Virus record (IMG/VR): IMGVR_UViG_3300045988_003899
Location: 1 to 6,013 of that record
Direction: 5' to 3' (one strand)
Origin: a virus
DNA: 6,013 bases
Each line of letters opens with the position of its first letter. The first letter of the stretch is position 1. Made by a program: the position numbers and the translations under genes. Positions 1-3,646 of the stretch are shown in pieces. The notes below the pieces were generated by a model. That model saw only the letters and a list, made by a program, of their open reading frames with translations, did no database searches and was not told the origin of the DNA.

Positions 1-99
1 TCAGCGGAGCAAGCATGGGACTTGCAAGCAGCAGCGCACTAGGAGTAAGCCGAAGCGGTGGATTTGTACCTAACGCATACGAAAGCAGCAGCTGGAGCA
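1..99. repeat. Terminal redundancy: first copy of a 99-nt sequence identical to 5915-6013 (wrap-around of a circular genome, unit length 5914 nt)
   Basis: Base-by-base comparison of 1-99 with 5915-6013 shows complete identity. The repeat lies inside one continuous reading frame (VP2). Confidence 0.97.
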
Positions 100-326
100 A
101 AAGCGATTGGTACAATGCAGCACAAAGCTGGCAACAGATGCTCAGTACAACACATATGTCGCCATACGGACTGCAAAAAACCTTAACAGAAATCGGAGAC
201 GACACAAGCAAAGCAATTGACAAAAACGTGCCAAAGAAAAGCAGCAAAAAAAGCAACTATCAAGCGCCGCAGGACAAAACAGGGTCATACGGAGAAAAAA
301 GGAAACCGGGTGATTACTTAAAATGA
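1..326 (+). CDS. VP2: Minor capsid / DNA pilot protein VP2, C-terminal part (continuation of 5383..6013 across the circular junction; full gene is 858 nt, 285 aa)
   Basis: The frame is open from the window edge to TGA at 324-326 (codons start at position 3). It is in phase with the ORF starting at 5383 once 5914 nt is subtracted. The Ser/Gly/Ala-rich sequence with a basic tail is typical of microvirus VP2. The stop overlaps the VP4 start (ATGA at 323-326). Confidence 0.85.
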   Translation, partial: SGASMGLASSSALGVSRSGGFVPNAYESSSWSKSDWYNAAQSWQQMLSTTHMSPYGLQKTLTEIGDDTSKAIDKNVPKKSSKKSNYQAPQDKTGSYGEKRKPGDYLK

Positions 327-1342
327 GTTGTTACAAGCCATTAATAAGGCTGTACAACCCAGACAACAAAGAAATAAGCGGGCGGGTGTATTCACTTGCC
401 CGCTTTTCTCAAGTCTGCGGAAAACAGCTCAAATATGAAGATGTGATGTACAGAAAAGATGTCATGTTGATACCATGCGGGCAGTGCATCGGATGCAGAA
501 TAAGACAGAGAGAGGACTGGACAACACGTATAGAATTAGAAGCACGAGACTATCCGAAAGAAGAAGTGTGGTTTATCACACTAACATATGACGATGACCA
601 TGTACCAGGAATGATTATAAGCACAGGCGAAATCATGAGAAAAGTGCAATACGTCTGGAAAGCCGGAAAGAAAGCGCCTGAAAGCGTACAAACGTTACTG
701 TATACTGACGTTCAGAAATTCCTAAAACGTCTCAGGAAGGCTTACAGGGGCAAATTACGCTATTTTGTGGCAGGAGAGTATGGAGAACAAACAGCAAGAC
801 CACACTACCACATGATTCTATATGGATGGAGACCAACAGACCTGGAGCACCTATACAAGATACAACACAACGGATACTTTACAAGTAAATGGCTGGCAGA
901 CCTATGGGGCATGGGTCAAATACAGATAGCACAAGCAGTGCCGGAAACCTACAGATATGTTGCAGGATACGTCACGAAAAAAATGTACGAGATAGACGGA
1001 AAGAAAGCAAACCAATACTACGAATTGGGCCAACAAAAGCCATTCGCATGTATGAGCCTAAAACCGGGACTAGGAGACCACTATTATCAAGAACACAAAG
1101 CAGAAATATGGAGACAAGGATACATCCAATGTACAAACGGAAAACACGCACAAATTCCACGTTATTATGAAAAGATGATGGAAGCTGAAAACCCACAAAG
1201 ATTGTGGAGAATTAAACAAAACAGACAGGCAGCAGCCATAGCAGAAAATCGGCTAAAGTATGAAAACGCAGACTTTTCAGAGCAATGCGAAACAAAAGAA
1301 AGAGTTATCCGGAAGCAAATGAAGAAGAGTGGGACACTCTAA
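323..1342 (+). CDS. VP4: Replication initiation protein VP4 (HUH rolling-circle endonuclease, Microviridae protein A family)
   Basis: 339-aa ORF. N-terminal PCGQCIGCR Cys cluster. Motif I is FITLTY (from nt 572). The HUH motif is RPHYHMILYG (HYH at nt 803-811). The two-tyrosine catalytic motif YVAGYVTKK (Y212 and Y216, nt 956 and 968) matches the YxxxYxxKK layout of the phiX174 A protein family. Confidence 0.95.
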   Translation: MSCYKPLIRLYNPDNKEISGRVYSLARFSQVCGKQLKYEDVMYRKDVMLIPCGQCIGCRIRQREDWTTRIELEARDYPKEEVWFITLTYDDDHVPGMIISTGEIMRKVQYVWKAGKKAPESVQTLLYTDVQKFLKRLRKAYRGKLRYFVAGEYGEQTARPHYHMILYGWRPTDLEHLYKIQHNGYFTSKWLADLWGMGQIQIAQAVPETYRYVAGYVTKKMYEIDGKKANQYYELGQQKPFACMSLKPGLGDHYYQEHKAEIWRQGYIQCTNGKHAQIPRYYEKMMEAENPQRLWRIKQNRQAAAIAENRLKYENADFSEQCETKERVIRKQMKKSGTL

Positions 1343-1353
1343 CGGTGTCACCT

Positions 1354-1385
1354 AGCCCAGTACCTATCAAGTAAGGTACTGGGCT
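1354..1385 (+). repeat. Perfect 12-bp inverted repeat (AGCCCAGTACCT / AGGTACTGGGCT) with an 8-nt loop, 12 nt after the VP4 stop
   Basis: The reverse complement of 1354-1365 equals 1374-1385 exactly. It is followed by an A/T-rich stretch (ATAATAGTTTAAAG) but no clean T-run. It is a possible terminator or an ssDNA structural signal. Confidence 0.8.
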
Positions 1386-1429
1386 ATAATAGTTTAAAGA
1401 CTCCATGTATCAGCCTAGTCAGTGAATAA

Positions 1430-1457
1430 AAGGGGTTGACTTAAAAGTCAACCCCTT
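1430..1457 (+). terminator. 28-nt perfect palindrome AAGGGGTTGACTTAAAAGTCAACCCCTT; candidate end-of-operon terminator hairpin
   Basis: 1430-1442 is the exact reverse complement of 1445-1457, with a GC-rich base (GGGG/CCCC). Only TT follows on the + strand, while an A-run precedes it. The hairpin itself is certain; terminator function is only plausible. Confidence 0.4.
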
Positions 1458-1464
1458 GCGTCAC

Positions 1465-1480
1465 GCCCCAATCATGGGGC
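1465..1480 (+). repeat. Small hairpin GCCCCA-ATCA-TGGGGC (6-bp stem, 4-nt loop)
   Basis: The reverse complement of 1465-1470 equals 1475-1480. Confidence 0.5.
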
Positions 1481-1489
1481 TGCCGCTAG

Positions 1490-1536
1490 TACGCACATGC
1501 GCACGCGCGCGAAACGCGCACGCGCACATGCGCGTA
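1490..1536. repeat. GC-rich imperfect palindrome built from two strictly alternating purine/pyrimidine blocks (1491-1511 and 1515-1536) around an AAA centre
   Basis: Pairing 1490-1511 against 1515-1536 gives 18 of 22 complementary positions, with mismatches at 1495/1531, 1500/1526, 1503/1523 and 1506/1520. Every base in each arm alternates Pu/Py (CG, CA and TG steps). The 11-mer CGCACATGCGC occurs in both arms. Confidence 0.85.
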
Positions 1537-1544
1537 AATTAGTT

Positions 1545-1717
1545 TTCAACAGTTTCAACACTTTCAACAGGTTTTCAACATAAAAGTGCACAATAAAATC
1601 CGTCATAATGACGAACATTCAACAATTCAACAAATTTTCAACAAAACTTTCAACAGAGTTTTAAAGCAATAAATTAAGTAACAACGTTAAAATTTAACAC
1701 TATTCAACAATTCAACA
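1545..1717 (+). repeat. Iteron-like array: 10 direct copies of TTCAACA in three clusters (4 + 4 + 2)
   Basis: Exact copies start at 1545, 1554, 1563, 1574 | 1618, 1626, 1637, 1649 | 1703, 1711. All are in the same orientation, with intra-cluster spacing of 8-12 nt. The 16-mer ATTCAACAATTCAACA occurs twice (1617-1632 and 1702-1717). Confidence 0.9.
1601..1613. repeat. 13-bp perfect palindrome CGTCAT-A-ATGACG between iteron clusters 1 and 2
   Basis: The reverse complement of 1601-1606 equals 1608-1613. It could be an operator-like dimer site or a small hairpin. Confidence 0.5.
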
Positions 1718-1897
1718 GCACCTACTACTACGACTACAACAAGTTATATAATAAAGCAACATAAACGCGCACAGCGCTAAAAATGAATGGATTAAGCCGC
1801 ATTCCGCTAAGCTCCATACGGCAAGGCGCTAAAGCGCCATTCAAAACAAAGGAGCAAAACCGACTGCTAATATATCAATTAAAATTTCAAAAAAAGC

Positions 1898-1926
1898 TTG
1901 ACTTTTTTCTAAAAAAATGATAAAAT
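1898..1926 (+). promoter_or_regulatory. Near-consensus sigma70/sigmaA promoter: -35 TTGACT (1898-1903), 17-nt spacer, extended -10 TGaTAAAAT (1918-1926), A/T-rich UP-like tract upstream (about 1866-1897)
   Basis: The hexamers and spacing were read directly. The promoter lies about 28 nt upstream of the first cassette gene, whose SD is AGGAAGG at 1939-1945. It is the only convincing promoter found in the genome. Confidence 0.7.
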
Positions 1927-1953
1927 ATAATTACAGAAAGGAAGGTGCTAAAA

Positions 1954-2151
1954 ATGAAACACACCTACGAACTTAGAAGATTCAACGATGACGACAGTAT
2001 AACAACAGTCCTTAAACTTGAAGCAGAACCAAAATATGCAAAAGAAAGAGCAAAAGACTACGCGAACCGACACCCAGGTCTCTACTCACTACAAAAAATT
2101 GACACCATAGCAATGTATTTTACAGAAAAGGAGCTTGACAAAGATGATTAA
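1954..2151 (+). CDS. Hypothetical protein, 65 aa (first gene after the promoter; no recognisable motif)
   Basis: ATG at 1954 lies 8 nt after SD AGGAAGG (1939-1945). The ORF-track start at 1945 is a GTG inside the SD, so it is disfavoured. The product is acidic and helical-looking, with no TM segment. The ORF overlaps the next gene by 8 nt. Confidence 0.6.
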   Translation: MKHTYELRRFNDDDSITTVLKLEAEPKYAKERAKDYANRHPGLYSLQKIDTIAMYFTEKELDKDD

Positions 2152-2533
2152 ATGCTATATCATGGATACAGATGCAAACGAAAAAGTAGGTCAACACTTT
2201 AAAGTGCGAGAATTTGCATGCAAAGATGGCTCGCAAGTCGTGTTCATCGACAGCTATTTAGTATCCATTCTGGATATCCTCAGAAACCAAGTCGGAAAGC
2301 CGGTATACATAAACAGCGGATACAGGACACCGACAAGGAATAAAATGGTAGGCGGTGCAAAATACTCATACCACATGCGAGGAATGGCAGCAGATATCCG
2401 GGTTGAAGGAATGACCGCAAAAGAAATTGCCAACAAACTGAATAAAATCATTCCGCTTGGCTGCGGCATCATCGTATACAGCAATTGGGTACACATTGAC
2501 ACGCGTACCAAAGCCTACAGAAAGGGGGTATAA
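2144..2533 (+). CDS. Zinc D-Ala-D-Ala carboxypeptidase-type cell-wall peptidase, M15 family (Peptidase_M15_3 / M15A-like), putative endolysin, 129 aa
   Basis: Family motifs were read by eye: FKVREFACKDGS, SGYRTPTRNKMVGGAKYSYHMRGMAADI and WVHID. These give the H-x6-D...H-x-D zinc triad (H77 at nt 2372-2374, D84, H117). ATG at 2144 lies 10 nt after SD AAGGAG (2128-2133). The ORF-track start at 2135 is TTG. No signal peptide or TM segment is present. Confidence 0.85.
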   Translation: MIKCYIMDTDANEKVGQHFKVREFACKDGSQVVFIDSYLVSILDILRNQVGKPVYINSGYRTPTRNKMVGGAKYSYHMRGMAADIRVEGMTAKEIANKLNKIIPLGCGIIVYSNWVHIDTRTKAYRKGV

Positions 2534-2534
2534 A

Positions 2535-2657
2535 ATGGCACTTATTTCCATTAAGGACGTCAAGCAGGCAATCCGTCTCATGATGCAGATTTTGGAAAAG
2601 CTTGACGAAATCTATCATGCGCTGCATGACAGCATCAACGAAAAAGAAAAGGAGTAA
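2535..2657 (+). CDS. Hypothetical small protein, 40 aa, predicted amphipathic helix
   Basis: ATG at 2535 lies 6 nt after the G-rich SD AAGGGGG (2522-2528) and 1 nt after the peptidase stop. The ORF-track start at 2457 is a TTG inside the peptidase gene with no SD. Sequence: MALISIKDVKQAIRLMMQILEKLDEIYHALHDSINEKEKE. Confidence 0.5.
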   Translation: MALISIKDVKQAIRLMMQILEKLDEIYHALHDSINEKEKE

Positions 2658-2660
2658 ATA

Positions 2661-2885
2661 ATGATTCACAAGACGTGGAACGTAAGAGACCAGACCAAAG
2701 AAGTACTTGAAGAGCTGCTAAACCGAAAATACAAGGAAATCGATGGAAGCTATAAGATGCTACGCAAAGTATCCAACATCGAGAACGCAAAAAAGCTAGT
2801 GGACGAAATATGGCAAATGAAAAGTTTTACGAATGCAATTGAAATGGAACTCATGAGAAGGGAGTGTAACGATGGCGTATCGTAA
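2661..2885 (+). CDS. Hypothetical protein, 74 aa (helical, charged; no recognisable motif)
   Basis: ATG at 2661 lies 6 nt after SD AAGGAG (2649-2654) and 3 nt after the previous stop. Confidence 0.6.
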   Translation: MIHKTWNVRDQTKEVLEELLNRKYKEIDGSYKMLRKVSNIENAKKLVDEIWQMKSFTNAIEMELMRRECNDGVS

Positions 2886-2991
2886 AAAGATGAAGAGAAG
2901 CAAAGACGCGAGGATCTTCAACGTAACGGCAAGAAAAACGAAAAATATCAACCTAAGCCAGAAACCCATGCGGGGCGGCATCCGACTGTAA
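2872..2991 (+). CDS. VP8: Small highly basic DNA-binding / packaging peptide (gokushovirus ORF8/VP8-like, functional analogue of phiX174 J), 39 aa; not in the supplied ORF track
   Basis: Hand translation gives MAYRKKMKRSKDARIFNVTARKTKNINLSQKPMRGGIRL. It is Arg/Lys-rich and ends in MRGGIRL, as I recall for the Chlamydia-phage ORF8 C-terminus (MRGGIRF). SD AAGGGAG (2858-2864) lies 7 nt upstream. The ORF overlaps the previous one by 14 nt. Confidence 0.75.
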   Translation: MAYRKKMKRSKDARIFNVTARKTKNINLSQKPMRGGIRL

Positions 2992-3006
2992 AAAAGGAGA
3001 AAAAAA

Positions 3007-3246
3007 ATGGAACATCTGTATTTTGGCATTTGGGACAACGTGGCAAAATGCTACGCATGGGTAGGCGAAAGCAAAAACAATGCAACGTTTGCACGCATGT
3101 GCAACACAATGGCAAAGGACGAAAAAACCTTCATTGGACAGGCGCCGGGTGATTACATCGGCTACCGGTTAGCAGAATTTAACGATGAAACCGGCGAATT
3201 TAACAACGACAAGGAAAAAGTATGGGAGGGTAAGCCGAATGAATAA
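3007..3246 (+). CDS. VP5: Gokushovirus VP5/ORF5-like non-structural protein, 79 aa
   Basis: SD AAGGAG (2994-2999) lies 7 nt upstream. The pattern FGIWDNVAKCY...NNATFARMC...PGDYIGYRLAEFNDETGEF matches the conserved ORF5 layout as remembered (F.V.D.K...Y...N.A.A.R.F...PEDY.L..IG.FD..TG). Confidence 0.7.
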   Translation: MEHLYFGIWDNVAKCYAWVGESKNNATFARMCNTMAKDEKTFIGQAPGDYIGYRLAEFNDETGEFNNDKEKVWEGKPNE

Positions 3247-3646
3247 ACGATACGAGGAAGGGCGAAAGCCCTTCTTTTCGAATTCGGGTGAAAAACTACG
3301 GAAACAATACGTATGGACAAAGGACGAAAAAGGAAAAGAAGTGCTGCAGGAAACCGAACCAATCGACATCCAGCAGGAAATCGAAAGCTATTCGGATGAA
3401 TGTGACATTAAAAACATTGTCCGGAAGGCAAGTTTCGACCCGGAATTCCTGAAAAGCCTGTCAAAAGGAGCACTGAGCCAAGAAGAAACGCCGATCTTAG
3501 ACATAACAGAATGGCCGCAAAACATCCACGAGTATCATCAGATGATCGCGACCGCACAAGTAAACGCAATGATGCTCAAAGATCTGGAAGTGCAAAGCAA
3601 AGCACAGAAAGAAGAATCAGCGGAAGGGAGTAAAACGGCAGAATGA
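3239..3646 (+). CDS. VP3: Internal scaffolding protein VP3, 135 aa
   Basis: ATG at 3239 lies 8 nt after SD GGGAGGG (3224-3230) and overlaps the VP5-like stop (ATGAATAA). The upstream ATG at 3185 given in the ORF track has no SD. The motif SYSDECDIKNIVRK resembles the gokushovirus scaffold signature (..F.DECDIN.I..). The tail is acidic. The stop overlaps the VP1 start (ATGA). Confidence 0.8.
   Translation: MNKRYEEGRKPFFSNSGEKLRKQYVWTKDEKGKEVLQETEPIDIQQEIESYSDECDIKNIVRKASFDPEFLKSLSKGALSQEETPILDITEWPQNIHEYHQMIATAQVNAMMLKDLEVQSKAQKEESAEGSKTAE

Noticed and set aside
1-99. The terminal repeat as a biological direct terminal repeat or LTR of a linear element
   Set aside because: The repeat lies in the middle of the VP2 coding sequence and restores a single in-phase ORF on circularisation. 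Microviruses have circular genomes, so it is a wrap-around artefact.
889-1170. 93-aa + strand ORF in an alternative frame inside VP4; by analogy with phiX174 genes B and K inside gene A it could be an overlapping gene
   Set aside because: There is no SD upstream of the ATG at 889 (TTTACAAGTAAATG). The product is an Arg/Thr/Ser-rich string with no motif. Without cross-genome conservation of the open frame there is no support. It is worth rechecking only if relatives keep this frame open.
1545-1717. Possibility that the TTCAACA array is a CRISPR array or a tandem satellite
   Set aside because: The repeats are only 7 nt long with 1-5 nt spacers inside clusters. That is far below CRISPR repeat and spacer sizes. 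The spacing is irregular, so it is not a simple tandem duplication either. Iteron-like binding sites fit better.
1385-1752. TATAAT hexamers at 1385-1390 and 1747-1752 as additional promoters
   Set aside because: Neither has a recognisable -35 element at 16-18 nt upstream, and neither has a gene immediately downstream.
1783-1920. 45-aa ORF (MNGLSRIPLSSIRQG...FFLKK) inside the non-coding region
   Set aside because: There is no SD before the ATG at 1783. It lies upstream of, and runs through, the -35 and spacer of the only good promoter, so it would sit at the very 3' end of any transcript, beyond the hairpin cluster. It is more likely non-coding.
2132-2607. The 8-mer AGCTTGAC occurs three times (1895-1902 in the promoter, 2132-2139, 2599-2606), suggesting extra internal -35 elements
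   Set aside because: The downstream copies lack a credible -10. The copy at 2132-2139 has only TATCAT at 17 nt, inside the peptidase gene. The third copy has no match at 16-18 nt. Both internal copies are read in frame as Leu-Asp codons within ORFs, so coincidence from codon usage is more likely.
1945-3238. Longer N-terminal extensions offered by the ORF track (GTG 1945, TTG 2135, TTG 2457, ATG 3185)
   Set aside because: In each case a downstream ATG (1954, 2144, 2535, 3239) sits 6-10 nt after a clear AGGAG-type SD. The upstream candidate is either a non-ATG codon inside the SD or the preceding gene, or has no SD.
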